A program made the position numbers and the translations under genes. DNA of 63,875 bases, the filler included, from Collodictyon triciliatum (taxonomy: Eukaryota), in the NCBI GenBank assembly GCA_043381765.1. It is 5 parts of 4 records of this genome, joined end to end, with 100 filler letters (N's around TTAATTAATTAA, not from the genome) between each part and the next. Parts side by side here need not be neighbours in the genome. Positions count along the whole stretch, not along the records: positions 1 to 14,035 come from JBHJMP010000439.1; 4 more parts are not named here. One strand, given 5' to 3'. Of this stretch, positions 1 through 12,766 are shown piece by piece. Under the pieces are notes generated by a model. The model had not been told where the DNA came from. It saw only the letters and a list, made by a program, of their open reading frames with translations, and ran no database searches. Every line of letters begins with the position of its first letter. The stretch's first letter is position 1.

Positions 1-34
<34 letters not shown>

Positions 35-118
35 AAAAAAAAACAAAAAAAAACAAAAAAAACAAAAAAAACAAAAAAAACAACAAAAAACAACAAAAAA
101 CAAAGGGCAGACATAGGG

Positions 119-2858
119 ATGGAAAACACGATTCTGGCCTTTTCAGAACTCTCGCGAGAGGAGATCCACAAAGGTCTGGACCCACGGACAGGTAACTTTT
201 TTTTTTCCTTTATTCGATTCAAAGTACGGACAGGTAACTTGGACTTTTCCATCTCAGACATGTCGTTTCCTGACTTTTTTTCCCTCGGTTTGTCGCCCAT
301 ATATATTAGGCATGCTTTTCACTTTTTTTTCTTTTTCAGTTCACTCATATGCTACTTCCATGACTGCGCTTCTGAACATGTCAATTGATTTCTTTTTTTC
401 TTCCTTTTTTTTTTGCCGATGAAATTAATTATCAATCGCTTGTGCGTATCGCAGACGAAATATTCTTTCATTTCCCGGCGCGACTTTCCCAACTTTTTCA
501 CCAAACACCACACGGAATCCGCTTATCCAATCTCATCCGCACCGCACCTGAAAAGGCAATATTCTACGTTGATGATGTACTCGATGGACGCAAGGCAACT
601 CGAGCAGCTCTATCTGGTAATATTGCACAGTTCTATATCTCTGAATATGGCAAATCACAACAACAGTCTCAACCCAAACATGAACAATACCATTCATCCT
701 CTGGTTCTCTATCTCTTTCTCTCTCTCTCTTTCTTTTGTATCATATTTATAGCTACCAAGAACAAATTAGCACCGTTATACTCATGGTCCAAGTTGCTTG
801 ACGTTGTTGTGGAATGGGCACAAAGTTTACCGCAGATATCGACCATAGTATATCGCACAGAATCATTCGTCTCATCATTAATCGATTCTATCGTAAAAGT
901 AACTGTAAGGACACTTATAGAAATTAAACTGCCCCATTCTCAAGAAACACAAATTCTATTTTACTTCCCAACCATTTATTCAGTTACCAATTGTAAGCGA
1001 TACATTTACTTTTTTTTTTTACGTTTCCCAATCAATAAAAACTTGGCCACAGGGATTTGTGATTGATAGAATTGAGGGAATGCAGTCAATTCCATGGAAT
1101 GCAGAGATCTGCATGGCTTATCAAATATTGGCGTCCTGTTTTGGGTTCATAAATGCTTATTTTACCACGAAGGTTATATCTATACAATCATTTATAATAA
1201 GTCAAATCATTTACCGATAGGCATATCTTCTATGCAAATTTTCATGCTACCCAAGGTTATTAATGGCAAGTGAGAGTACCATCCTCGTCACACAAAAGTG
1301 CTTTTTACATCACTCTTATATCAATAACCAATCGCAGGCTTGCAAGAAACCGATGGACATAATAATTAGTAGACTCAGCCAGAAAGAGAAAGGACTCGAA
1401 TTCTTATCAGCACTATTTGATTGCACATATTTCTACTACCAGGAATACACAAACCCACGAGATGGAAATAAAAAGCCAGCAAAAGCCAACAGAAAACCTA
1501 AGAAAGTGGCATATAATTCACAAGACGACGAGTATAGAGACGAAGATGCAGATGAAGATGGAGGCTCATCCTCTTCTATTTCAAGCAGAGAAGATAACCC
1601 AAAATTCATTCGAAATCCTGACCAAAGAAACGAGGTTCACATTTATTATTTTCTGTCTCAATTATGTAAATCAACGGCTCACTTAAGTAATGAATATTAT
1701 ACATTTATGTCCCATAATTCCTTTGGAATCAATTTCAATTATATATTAAAGGAAACCAAAGTCAATCTATTGAAATTGAATGCACTTATTTTTAATTCTT
1801 TTCATTAATTCAGATTCTGCTTCATGCAACTGTGCTGTTTGATACTCTCTACAATCTGTGCAACCCCCTTACAATATCCATAATTTTTGACCATCCCACA
1901 TTCATGAATGGCGCACTTCTTCAACTATACCTGGAATTTTTGAAGGTTCTACTTAAAATTTATACTCAAAAGAAAATGAAAAAGAAAAATTAACGCGATG
2001 TGAGTGGTTAGGTTGTAGTTTAGTGGAAACTTGCAGAATATACTGACAAATATGTTCCTTTTTGCATTCTATTCTTCTTAAACACACCAGATAAGGCCAA
2101 TAAATGCTGTTCTGGACTCCTCTCTGCTTAGGTCTATATTTTTCACATTAGATTGTGAAGAACCGTGCTCGCTTGACATGATATCCGCGTCCGATATCAA
2201 AGAATATTGCCTCAAAATCTTAGATATACTGTTGCTGCGGTTTTCCGGTTCGGCTATTATACATACCTTTATAATGTCCTGTTTGAGCTATGTTTTCCTA
2301 TCAGATAGAGCGGGGTTGCTTCACACATGAATATTATACTTTTGCATGGAAGGCTATGTTTCTTCCTGGGAATGGGACGATAGGTCTACTGCAGTTTGTA
2401 GTCTGATCGACATGTTTTCCAACGACAGGTTAGTGACACGCAGCGGCAGTACCACTCATATCTATATAATGTTCTATTCGCTTCTTTTGCAAATTTGCCA
2501 AGATATCGCCTATACGCGATACACTTGGTCGATAAATTTGATTTCTATTTGAAAATCCTTTCATCGTTTCAAATATGTCCGATTTCATAAATATTGGATT
2601 ATATGGTCTAAACTTTATTATTCTTCTCATTACCTCCCATACGACGATTTTAAGCAACTTCAAGAGCTATGTAATATCAAATGGTATTTTTTTTTTATGC
2701 TCCATAATAAATGTCTTGAATCAATTCCAAAGATTCTCAAATATTTTTACATAACAATTACCATACAAAAAAAATCAAAGAAATAAAATATAATTTGCCG
2801 CCTCCCAAAATAAGTCCAAATACTTTATTTTACACTTACAAAGAAGTCCTTTATTTTC

Positions 2859-2891
<33 letters not shown>

Positions 2892-3558
2892 CATCATCAT
2901 TATCATCATTATCATCATCATCATCATTTTCGACTGGGAATGCCCTAGGCTATCTGACAACAATACAATTCTTGACGGTGGATACAGAGGTTTTTGAAGA
3001 ATTTTTGGAGAAAAATACAGATACATCCATCTACATATTCCGTCTATTGGGGAACCTGCATTGCCACAACCCGAACTTCAGCAACAGGTAGCTCGGCTGG
3101 ATGGTTTCCTTCTAATTTGTAAGAGAACAGGGTGCTTCGGAAAAAATTGATCAAATGCATAAAACTTATCAAATCTTGTTTTTAAAACAACAAAAACCTT
3201 AGTGAAGAAGACGTGATGATATGGAAAACTCTCGATTGTATAGACGGTAGAAATGGGGTGATAATGTCAAAGGTATGTCCATGAATTATATTAACACAAA
3301 TTCTTTTCAAATAAAATATGGCAAAAAAAAACCTTAGTTTTTTTACCAATATCCATTTCCATCTCCTTTGTTCTCTCACCTGTACATCCCGATTCATCTG
3401 AAGCGACAAAAAAAAATCCTTTTTTTTGTAAGGAATCCATTGAGAACCTGATATCCAACTTGCGCACCCTCGTGAAGTCACCTAAAATCGCAAATCGGAA
3501 AAACATAGCTTATTCAGATATTGAGCTTGTCCAGCAATACCTGGGTAGGACAACATGA
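119..3558 (+). CDS. Multi-exon hypothetical protein (helical, function unknown; start uncertain)
   Basis: Several exons join in consistent phase through GT-AG junctions, e.g. ...RAALS|ATKNKLAP...SIVK|GFVIDRIEG...FTTK|AYLLCK...MASES. Last exon 3433-3558 is ESIENLISNLRTL...GRTT*. The 5' join needs one frameshift in a poly-T run near 391-414, probably a homopolymer error. Middle exons were not all verified and no family was recognised. Confidence 0.5.
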
Positions 3559-4148
3559 CGTATAAGTGTGAATATAAGCCATTTGTATAATTCATATGAA
3601 TTTGTTGGGCCCTGTCACATGAAAACAAGAGAAAATACCGCAATCTTTTCATGAGGAACTCATAATAATATTCAACATTTGTGTTTATGCAGATAAGCTG
3701 TTTGACCAATTGGTTATCATGGGTGTGATTCAGTTAGACGGGACGAGAATCGAAAAGGAACATGAGGTACGAAGCAGAAACACTGAAAGAGAAAAATAAA
3801 ATAAAATAAAGAAAGAAAAGCTGACAATATCAATACGCATAAACCAACCAGATGTTTTTCTGTTGGAATATCACGATGTAGATCGCCATAAGAAAATTTC
3901 ACCCATCAGCAAGTAATTTTGTGTTCATATACTCACCACAATTTTTCTTTTCGCCTGTTAGGGAGATTCGACAGAACAACTACAAAATCCTTTGAAAAAG
4001 ACACGTGTGTGAAAGCACTCCATAATAATAAAGTGACCGAAACCCAGCCTTCAGCAGGATGTTTAAAAAAATGAAAAGGGTAGGTCTTTAATATTGCAGC
4101 ACGGAGGAAAAGAATCAGACGGGAGGAAACATAGAGTGGGGCGATGAC

Positions 4149-4153
4149 AAAAA
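4149..4153 (-). terminator. Pol III oligo-T terminator of tRNA-Ser
   Basis: TTTTT on the minus strand begins 6 nt downstream of the tRNA 3' end. Confidence 0.7.
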
Positions 4154-4158
4154 TGAAT

Positions 4159-4240
4159 CGACACCTGAGAGATTCGAACTCTCGCTCCCAGAAGGAAACA
4201 GCTTAGCAGGCTGCCGCCTTAACCACTCGGCCAAAGTGTC
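4159..4240 (-). tRNA. tRNA-Ser (anticodon GCT)
   Basis: Reverse complement folds as a cloverleaf: acceptor GACACTT/AGGTGTC, D-arm GCCGAGTGGTTAAGGC, anticodon arm GCAGC-CTGCTAA-GCTGT, long variable arm, T-arm GAGAG-TTCGAAT-CTCTC, discriminator G. Confidence 0.97.
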
Positions 4241-4696
4241 TTTCTTGTAATCAAAGGAGGAAGATAAATATATAAAATCTCATTTTACTTGTTTCGGATT
4301 TGTGTTGTCTTTGTTCATTTTTTTTTTTGGATGGAAAAGGCTTTATTTCTTGTTTCTTTGTGCGATCGGCTCGAACATCACCAACTACATCCCTATTTAC
4401 AAAATTACTTGTAAGGTCAGAATATGTGTATATTATGTTATAGTTACACAAAAATTAAGAATATTATGTCATATCCAAAAAATTATCGAATAAAGGAAAA
4501 AAAAATGTCATATCCAAAAAATTATAACAGATATTGAAAATAAATTCCGCAATTGAAAATAAATTCAAACATACAAATGCACAAAACATCAAAATTCTCT
4601 ACTCAACGAAAAGAACAAGTGAAGGCAGACATGTCGTGCGATTGCAACAGAATCCTACCTTTCGACTGACAACTGGCTAACGCGAAGGCCGAGTGC

Positions 4697-5879
4697 ATGG
4701 GGAGCCACAATTACTATGACATACATGCCATTCTGGCCGAGCAGGATACACTCTCCGCATCCTTCAGAACCGGAGCGTTCCAACTCGGCTTTTTGGATCC
4801 TGGTTGCACGGAAAAGAATGTATGCCACCCGATACTCAAAACTTGTTCCTCAAGAGCATTTCATTTCGCTTCCAACTTTCTTTAAAACCAGGCCTTTTTT
4901 TTTTTATTTTTTTTTGTTAATATCCACTCAGACATAACTTTTATTTTATTTTTATTTTTATTTTTTTTTTTATTCCGAAATGCACGCGACCCTACATAGC
5001 TGAGCAGGGACAAAAAAGTGGAACTTCCTCTTTGGCTTTGCCTCCCTCTTTCGCAAAGAGGGTTAATCAGTGTCGAACCACCAAAGTTTCTGAACCAAAA
5101 ATTCCGCAGCGCTTTGAGTGCTGATGCAACCGTCATTAACCTTCACGACCGAAGTTCCTACTTTTACCAAGTCTGCATTGATACGGCCGAGATGTATGTT
5201 CAACTTGAAAATATGCTATGCTTTTCATTATTTTGTCCCAAACTATCCCTTCTCCCTTGGTGGTTCAATCTATACAGCCGACTTTATTTGAGCACCATAA
5301 GCAATAATCCTTCAAAATATTTACAATAATTGAAAGATAATTTAGCATCAACATATTGGTGATATTCTTGCGAGGAGAGAAAACTACACAGTTTGCTGGC
5401 TCCATTTTCGATATTTAGTATTTTAATACATTATTCTTTGTGGCGTAGGACTGGAGACCAGTCCATTCCTAAAATGCTATCGACCTGCTTCACTGAAAGA
5501 TACAAACGAATCATGGATAAATCCCTCAACTCCATGTCTTCTGACACATCTGAATTCACAAGGATACTGACGCATTCCGAAAGATCACGTACACATATTC
5601 ACATCCAAACAAAAATATCCTGAAGATATTCTGAAATAGTACATCATTCGATTTTCCATGAGTTTTTTTATGGTCATAACACAATATGTATCTTAAGGAA
5701 CTCATTGAAGGCAGGTGAATGCAAAAATAAAAGTATTACTTGGTGTTCTTCCTGTAGTTTTTCAATCTGGCTCAGAGGCTAGTGCAGATTTCCAACTATG
5801 GAGGAGAAGAAAAGCAGAAAAGCTCGCAGCGTCGCGCTCGGTGGAAACAGACCGACTGAAACGCGCTCGTATCTCTTGA
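4697..5879 (+). CDS. GINS3: GINS complex subunit 3 (PSF3), 4 exons
   Basis: Exons ~4697-4819, 5000-5193, 5449-5588 and 5758-5879 join in phase. Psf3 motifs: NYYDIHAILAE, LGFLDP, KVELPLWL, ADATVINL..RSSYFY, F.ERYKRIMD, ERSLFQSG...FQLW. Confidence 0.9.
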
Positions 5880-7219
5880 TTCTTGATGAACAGTAATCCC
5901 TTCTTCCTGATAAACCACATTCCATATATCCATCGGCTGATATCCTTGCGACGTTTAATTTCCTTTTGACATGGGAATCAATGGTATAATCAATATCATT
6001 CTCATGGGTGTTCTATTCTTTACCAAACTTTGGTTTCTGCGCATCACAAGCGCACAATCAAATTCCTTTTGTGGAATAAGATTGAATAATATGATATATT
6101 ATATTGCGTAACCTTTTTATGATACACCAAAGGCACTTCCATAAATGTATTTTTACTCTGAAGATACATGGAATTTGGGCACGGAACAATGTACAAAACA
6201 GGAAGCAGTGTTTGTGTTTCTTTGATCAAGTTGCGCAATCGCTTGGCTGTTCGAGGCCAACATCATTGTTTCTCTGTGTTTAAAAATAACCCACCGTGCT
6301 GTAGTGTTATCGGATTCCTGCGTTCACTTTATGATAACCAGGCGCGTACCCAATTTGCCATCGCAGCTGACAATTATCACTGACAAATGATGGAGAATCC
6401 GGATGCTGACGAGATTGATTGAGTGGTTTAGCTTTTGGTTTTGGTGATTTGGATGTCGATTGAGATGCCGTGATAATGAATGGTGTGAAGTGAGAAGTTG
6501 AATGGTTCAATGATTCCTCGTAGTTGCGATTTTAATACAATCACCTCCCCAACAAAATGAATGATTATCGAATCCTTCTCTTGTTAAGGAATGACACATA
6601 ATCTGTCCCTCTATCTGAATATTCTCACACCAAACTTCAGCACCAGAGTTACAAAAACTCACATACCACAAAGATTCCGCTGGACTTGTCAGTGCTTTTT
6701 TTTTCTTTCCCCTTTCTTTCTTTTCTCCTTAGTGTGTGCATATACTGTACATCCGCTCTCATGTCAAAACGGAGCAGTCGATAACTTCAGCATAAAAGTA
6801 AACAAAATAATCAAAGGAAAAAAAAAAAAACTCAAAATGAATTCCAATGCCGAAGCCTTTTTGTTATTCGAACTCATCTTGTCAATACGGACACCCTGAT
6901 CCACTCTATCACTTCAAAAATCAACCAGGCCATTAAGAGACATACCCACTCTTAGAAAAGGTTTTTTTTTTTAAAAAAAAAACACACACACACACAAAGT
7001 GCTTAGCAGTCTTTCTCTCCAAACTTTTCCACATTACTGCTCATAACAAACACGCACCCCTTCTTTTTTCTTCTCTTTTTTCTTTTCCTTTTGGGCTTTG
7101 ATCTGGGAGACAGGGCTTACCTAAAGAATCCAATCACCCTTAATTATTATTTTTCTTTGGTCAGGGCCAAATGAATCAAACAAATCGTGCTCATGACATT
7201 CGATCATTGTTTGTCAGTA

Positions 7220-7305
7220 GAAGGAAAAAAAGAAAAAAGAAAAAAGAAAAAAGAAAAAAGAAAAAAGAAAAAAGATGAAAAGAAAAAAGAACAGAAAAAG
7301 AAAGA
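7220..7305 (+). repeat. (GAAAAAA)n-like purine simple repeat
   Basis: Directly visible tandem repeat upstream of the glycosyltransferase ORF. Confidence 0.85.
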
Positions 7306-7486
7306 AACCCACCCCACGACCACTTTTCCTCCATAAAGAACCCAAGCACAAACTCCTATTTTTCCTACCGCACAGCCAACAAATCAGCCCAGGCCGCGTG
7401 ACTCTCTTCGTTTTGCGAATTGACTGCCAAACACAAGACTCCGACGCCACGGATCCCGGCTGAACCACTCGCCCAGCTGCCCTACA

Positions 7487-9991
7487 ATGCCTTTTCGCCG
7501 CAAGACGCTTCTCACGTCGACAGTCATTGTCGGCTTCCTTACGCTCTTTTTCGCGACGACGCAGTACAGACTCTCCACAAACATCGACACGTCTACAAGC
7601 CACGCATCCAGCATCTCTCCGCCAGCAAAAGCCGTTCTAACGTCAACTTTGTCTGATCCAAGCCAACTCGAAAACATTCGCCTGGTCAATCCGTTTCTCC
7701 AGCGTTTGCCAGGCGTGTGGAAACTCAGTTGGATATTGGATCTTGCTGCTTCAAGTTCGAGCAGCTCGAGTGACTCTGGTGAGCTTATGGAGGTGCAAAC
7801 ATCCATTCTAGTGCTTCCACGGGGGCAGTCTAGCGCAGTGGCTTTTGCGTCCATTCCGACGATTGTTCAACTCGGCCTCTCGGAAAAGAAGGGAGCCGCG
7901 TCCAAGGCAGCATCTTTGCCTGTTGCTGTGTCTTACTCCATCGATACAAACCATCAAATCTTTCAGCTTCGGCCGGTTGCGTTCTTGTTGCTTGTTGGGA
8001 CCCAACAGGCAACTATTTTGCCTATCCCTGAGGGTGGCATGGGTGATGTGAAGACGCTATCCAAAGGTAATGGTGATGGAGCTAAGTCCATCAAAGATAT
8101 CAACTCATTGGATTCACTTGTTGATGTAACGCTGATGGCTCGTCATCCAACATCTCTGGACCCTTCGTTGACGCTGGAGCAGATTCTTCACCTTCGGGCC
8201 GATCCAAAGAAACGAATCACGCTGCTGAGCGTCAGCGCGGCATTTGTCCCTTTTGCACTAAACTGGGCGTGTAACATCCGGACCATACCAGACCCGCCTC
8301 TCAACTATGTTTTTCTGGCAGAGGACGAATCATCCTACAATGCGTTGAAGTCCGCAGATGAGCCTGTCTATCTTGACTCTGTTCATTCCTTGCCTGGTGG
8401 AGATAACCTGGAGACAGCAAATTATGGGGAACTTCGCTACCAAGAAATGATACAAAATCGTGTTCAGCTTGTTTTGAAGGTCATGAAGCTTGGATATAAC
8501 ATTCTCGTGGCAGACATCGATGCTGTTTGGAAAGGAAACCCGTACACTCATTTTGTCGACGGGTATGACTTGCAGGCGCAAATGGATGAAGATGGCGAAT
8601 ATAATGTCTGCGGTGGGTTTTTGTTCTTTCAAAATACTCAAGAATCCCTCAAGATTTGGGAAAGTGTGGCAGAAAATCACAACAAAATTGTAGAGAAAAT
8701 GAAAGAATATGCACAGAGTCGTCGAAGGTGGGACATGGACCAAATGACTGAGCAGAAAGCACTGAGTAACCAACTTTACGAGAGGAGAAATGACAACAAC
8801 TTTAAATGGCGCAAGCTAGACAAAACGCTTTTCCCTAGCGGAAGAAGTTACTTTACAGACAATAAATCCAAATACAAAGAGTGGCAATCTCAAGGCAAGT
8901 ATCCTGTAGTTATTCACAACAATTACGTAATTGGATTCGATGCTAAAAAGGACAGATTCATTGATGCTGGCTTATGGTCATTGACAAGCAACTCCGAGTG
9001 CCCGTATCCTTTTATCTCCACGACTTTGAGTTTACCATCTTCTGCATATAATCCCGATGGGCTAAGCCCCGATAAACTCAGTGCATTGGCAAACCCACAA
9101 CAGCCATTCACCCAATTACTGAAACAAACAGCAAAATCGACCTTTTCTCTGAGGTTAAAGGTATTGACCTACAACCGACACCTCAGTCTAAAGCGGCTCC
9201 TTGAGTCCCTGGCGGCCGCAGAATACGACGGCGATGTTGTGTTTCTGGACATCTACGTCGACAGAGCTTCGCCAAACAAGGTGCATGAAGAGGTCTTGGA
9301 TATCGTTGACAAGTTCTTGTGGCCTCATGGACCGAAATATGTGCTAGAGAGAGTCATTCAGGTAGGTGTGCAGCCACAGTGGATTGAATCATGGCATCCG
9401 TCGCACCCGCACGAATACGCCTTTATCATGGAGGACGATATTGAAGTGTCACCTTTCTTTTATCGTTGGTTGAAGGAGGCCTCCCTCAAATACCACCAAA
9501 GCACAACCCCCCAGAAAAGAAAGCTCTACGGTGTTTCCTTGCAGCGACAATACCTCATCCCCGCACGCCCCGGAGAGAACCTTCGAATTAGCAATGGGGA
9601 CAAACCTTTTGCATACAAGCTACTCGGAACGTGGGGGTTTCTGCTTTTCCCGGACGCCTGGACTGAGTTTCGAAAATGGTACTCAGAAAACAGATATTCC
9701 GGATTTAAGCCCGAGATTCCCGGCCTCGTCACCACGAAATGGTATAAAGAGCTTGGAGAAAAGATATGGACACCCTGGTTTATCTACTGGGCTGACAAGG
9801 CAGATAGGTATTGCATCTACACAAACTTCCCAGAAAATGCGTGCCTGTCTACAAGTCATCGAGACAAAGGGACTACGTACGACTCAAGCATGGGACCGGA
9901 TTGCAAGTTGATTCGCGAAGGTTCAACGTCGTATCTGCTCCAGTTCCCGGATCAGCTGCAATTCTACGATTACTCCGCGAATGCGGTTTAA
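7487..9991 (+). CDS. Intronless type-II membrane glycosyltransferase with two GT domains (nucleotide-diphospho-sugar transferase/GT77-like plus GT-A/GT2-like)
   Basis: 834-aa uninterrupted ORF with an N-terminal basic patch and TM helix. Domain 1: FALNWACN...GYNILVADIDAVWKGNPY...CGGFLFF...FPSG...HNNYVIGFDAKKDRF. Domain 2: VLTYNRHLSLKRLLESL...WPHG...WIESW...IMEDDIEVSPFFYRW...TWGFLLFP. Confidence 0.82.
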   Translation: MPFRRKTLLTSTVIVGFLTLFFATTQYRLSTNIDTSTSHASSISPPAKAVLTSTLSDPSQLENIRLVNPFLQRLPGVWKLSWILDLAASSSSSSSDSGELMEVQTSILVLPRGQSSAVAFASIPTIVQLGLSEKKGAASKAASLPVAVSYSIDTNHQIFQLRPVAFLLLVGTQQATILPIPEGGMGDVKTLSKGNGDGAKSIKDINSLDSLVDVTLMARHPTSLDPSLTLEQILHLRADPKKRITLLSVSAAFVPFALNWACNIRTIPDPPLNYVFLAEDESSYNALKSADEPVYLDSVHSLPGGDNLETANYGELRYQEMIQNRVQLVLKVMKLGYNILVADIDAVWKGNPYTHFVDGYDLQAQMDEDGEYNVCGGFLFFQNTQESLKIWESVAENHNKIVEKMKEYAQSRRRWDMDQMTEQKALSNQLYERRNDNNFKWRKLDKTLFPSGRSYFTDNKSKYKEWQSQGKYPVVIHNNYVIGFDAKKDRFIDAGLWSLTSNSECPYPFISTTLSLPSSAYNPDGLSPDKLSALANPQQPFTQLLKQTAKSTFSLRLKVLTYNRHLSLKRLLESLAAAEYDGDVVFLDIYVDRASPNKVHEEVLDIVDKFLWPHGPKYVLERVIQVGVQPQWIESWHPSHPHEYAFIMEDDIEVSPFFYRWLKEASLKYHQSTTPQKRKLYGVSLQRQYLIPARPGENLRISNGDKPFAYKLLGTWGFLLFPDAWTEFRKWYSENRYSGFKPEIPGLVTTKWYKELGEKIWTPWFIYWADKADRYCIYTNFPENACLSTSHRDKGTTYDSSMGPDCKLIREGSTSYLLQFPDQLQFYDYSANAV

Positions 9992-10807
9992 GCGCAGCGA
10001 ATCCTCGTTCCCTTCTGCTGGGCGTGTGACTCTTTTTTTTTCTTCTTCTTCTTCTCTTTCTTATTGAACTCATTCAAGATGACGCTTAATTTTCGATGCA
10101 ATTTTCTTTCTTCTTTGGCTCTGTGGAGGAGAATCGCCGAGTGAGTCGATTTGCTATCGCCTTAATCCCTTTTGTGTTCTTGACCCCACATTCCATACTC
10201 GCATGGATTGAACTCCTTGGATTTACCCCATGAATCTCCTTGTCATTATCAATTTGTCTTCGGCTTAATTATATATATTTCCTGTCGATGAAGCGTTTTT
10301 AATTGCTGTATGAACGAAACAGCATAATACTCAACTCAAGCACCCACTTTTTTTTTGTCTCAAAGATGTAAAAAAAATAAAATAAAAATAATAGAAACTA
10401 AATGCTCGACGGGACATTTTCTTCCTTTTGACCTTTTCTCTGTTCTTTTCTCATTTCCCCTTCTTATATTTCTCGCTTTATTCCTATTCCTCCCGGATTA
10501 AACAACACCGAACGAGCCATTAAAAATAAACATACTTATAACTAAAATATGTATGTATTCGACATGGCAATCAGCCTAACGAAGCCGCGATATCACAGTC
10601 TATTTTGCTGTTGCCAACATTAATCATTCCTATCGAATGCGCACCAACCGGAAGAAATGGACGGGATTCTGTCTAAGTGGCTACCTCGCGTGATGCTTGA
10701 CAACGTCACCTCTTATTTCTGCTTTGCTGATAATTTGAAAAGAATAAATAAACATTTGCACTCAAATTGTGAGTATCGAAACAGTTCACAAGAAAAAAAC
10801 AAACAAC

Positions 10808-11170
10808 AATAACAAATAACAAATAACAAATAACAAATAACAAATAACAAATAACAAATAACAAATAACAAATAACAAATAACAAATAACAAATAACAAA
10901 TAACAANNNNNNNNNNNNNNNNNNNNNNNNNNNNNNNNNNNNNNNNNNNNNNNNNNNNNNNNNNNNNNNNNNNNNNNNNNNNNNNNNNNNNNNNNNNNNN
11001 NNNNNNTTTTCCTTTTTTCCTTTTTTCCTTTTTTCCTTTTTTCCTTTTTTCCTTTTTTCCTTTTTTCCTTTTTTTCCTTTTTTCCTTTTTTCCTTTTTTC
11101 CTTTTTCCTTTTTTCCTTTTTTCCTTTTTTCCTTTTTTCCTTTTTTCCTTTTTTCCTTTTTTTCTTTTAT
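10808..11170. repeat. (AAATAAC)n and (TTTTTTCC)n simple repeats flanking a 100-N gap
   Basis: Directly visible tandem repeats on either side of gap 10907-11006. Confidence 0.9.
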
Positions 11171-11226
11171 CCTTTTTTTCTTATCTTTTATCACTAACTG
11201 GTTTCTTTGACATTTGGGCTGAGCAG

Positions 11227-11293
11227 ATGCCGCGCGTGCCTTGAGTGCCTCGGGTCGGATTGCTTGCGTTGGCTTGGGTGCTGCTCGGACTAG
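11227..11293 (+). CDS. Putative terminal exon encoding a Cys-rich tail (CRACLECLGSDCLRWLGCCSD*)
   Basis: Preceded by a pyrimidine repeat, branch-point-like CACTAAC (~11192) and a CAG acceptor at 11224-11226. It has 6 Cys in 21 codons. Upstream exons would lie in the gap. Confidence 0.35.
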
Positions 11294-12304
11294 TCCTCTT
11301 GTGCTGGAGCCGTTGTCTTTGTTCCGATCCTTCTGTGTGTTGCGCAGCTTTTCTATTCAAATCTCTCCTGTGTCAGCTTGTTCTGTTTCTGTGCCGCATA
11401 AAAGAAAAAGAAGGGAAAAAATAGAACATGTCACCTGTTTCGAGCAATTCGATTCCGTTGCAAACGATTTCTTTCCTATTCCGTATCTTGTACAACCGAT
11501 TTTGTATTTGGATTGACAAATATAATAATATTATATAAATATATAGTTTTATTATAGAAACAGTAAAGCGCTATTGTCCTTATTATAAAATATTCATGTA
11601 ATTTCCAGGTATATACTTTTCCTGGTCTGGAATTATTCAATAATTTTAACCTGCTCTTCCTATGGGCATGGGCAAAATCATTTCCATGCGGCGCCAACCA
11701 TTAAATTCCAAGGAGGTTAGAATACTAATGGATCGATTTGATGGAACTGTTTAATTGAGGCCAAGATAAGGTTACACCAAGGCAGTGAAGAAAAGAATAT
11801 AGACAGCAAAATGAATCATATGAATAATGCTGTGAATCGCCTCGCGATGTGAAATGTTTGGAAAAAATTGTGAACCAAATATGATAATAATAGTAAATAA
11901 AGTGCGCCATAGTGAATCGGTCAGAGTAAGGAGGTTGTGGTGTTGAAAGCCTTACCAGCCATACTCTCCTCTTGAGATTATGATTATGTTTTTTTTTTTT
12001 GGCTGATTTTATTTTTAATAATAAAAGAATGTGATAAGGATAAAAACAGCAATCATGATAATTATATATCCCGGCTTATGGTAGTGTTATGCTTTATTAA
12101 CTGTCTTACACTAGAGAAGAGACAAGAAAAGGAACATAAATGTGGTCATGGAAGGTAAAGCAGAATCGTGTGGGGTGGGACTCTCGAACATGTTTTTTTT
12201 TTCTTCTTCTTCTTCTCTCTTAGTTGCCTTGTCATATCTGTAATTACGTGTGAGTAGGGAACGGCCGGTGAGTGATTGTAGTGGCTGTGAATCCCTCCCT
12301 CCCT

Positions 12305-12343
<39 letters not shown>

Positions 12344-12555
12344 AATAAAAAAAAAAAAAAATTTTTTTTTTAAAAAAAATTAAAANNNNNNNNNNNNNNN
12401 NNNNNNNNNNNNNNNNNNNNNNNNNNNNNNNNNNNNNNNNNNNNNNNNNNNNNNNNNNNNNNNNNNNNNNNNNNNNNNNNNNNNNTTTTTTTTTTTTTTT
12501 TTTTTTTTGTTTTGGGACTGCCGGTGGGTTGTTTGTGGTGCCGGTAACCCCCCCC

Positions 12556-12587
<32 letters not shown>

Positions 12588-12766
12588 TGAAGAAAAAAGA
12601 ATAATAAAGTAAAATAAGGTCTTTGTTACAAAATATTTAAAAGCAAAGAAAACAAGACGTGTAGGATGAGAAAGGAACAAGCCAAACGAAATAAATAAAT
12701 AAATAAATAAACAAACATAATAGCCGAAGCTGCAGGAGTATGAAATGTCGTACGAAGCAAAGGCAG

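Noticed and set aside
4159-4240. Possible tRNA-Sec, given the selenoprotein in the window
   Set aside because: Anticodon GCT with a standard 7-bp acceptor and 5-bp T-stem makes it an ordinary tRNA-Ser.
6330-6410. Box C/D-like motifs (ATGATAA...CTGA)
   Set aside because: Imperfect C boxes, no terminal stem and no recognisable rRNA antisense element.
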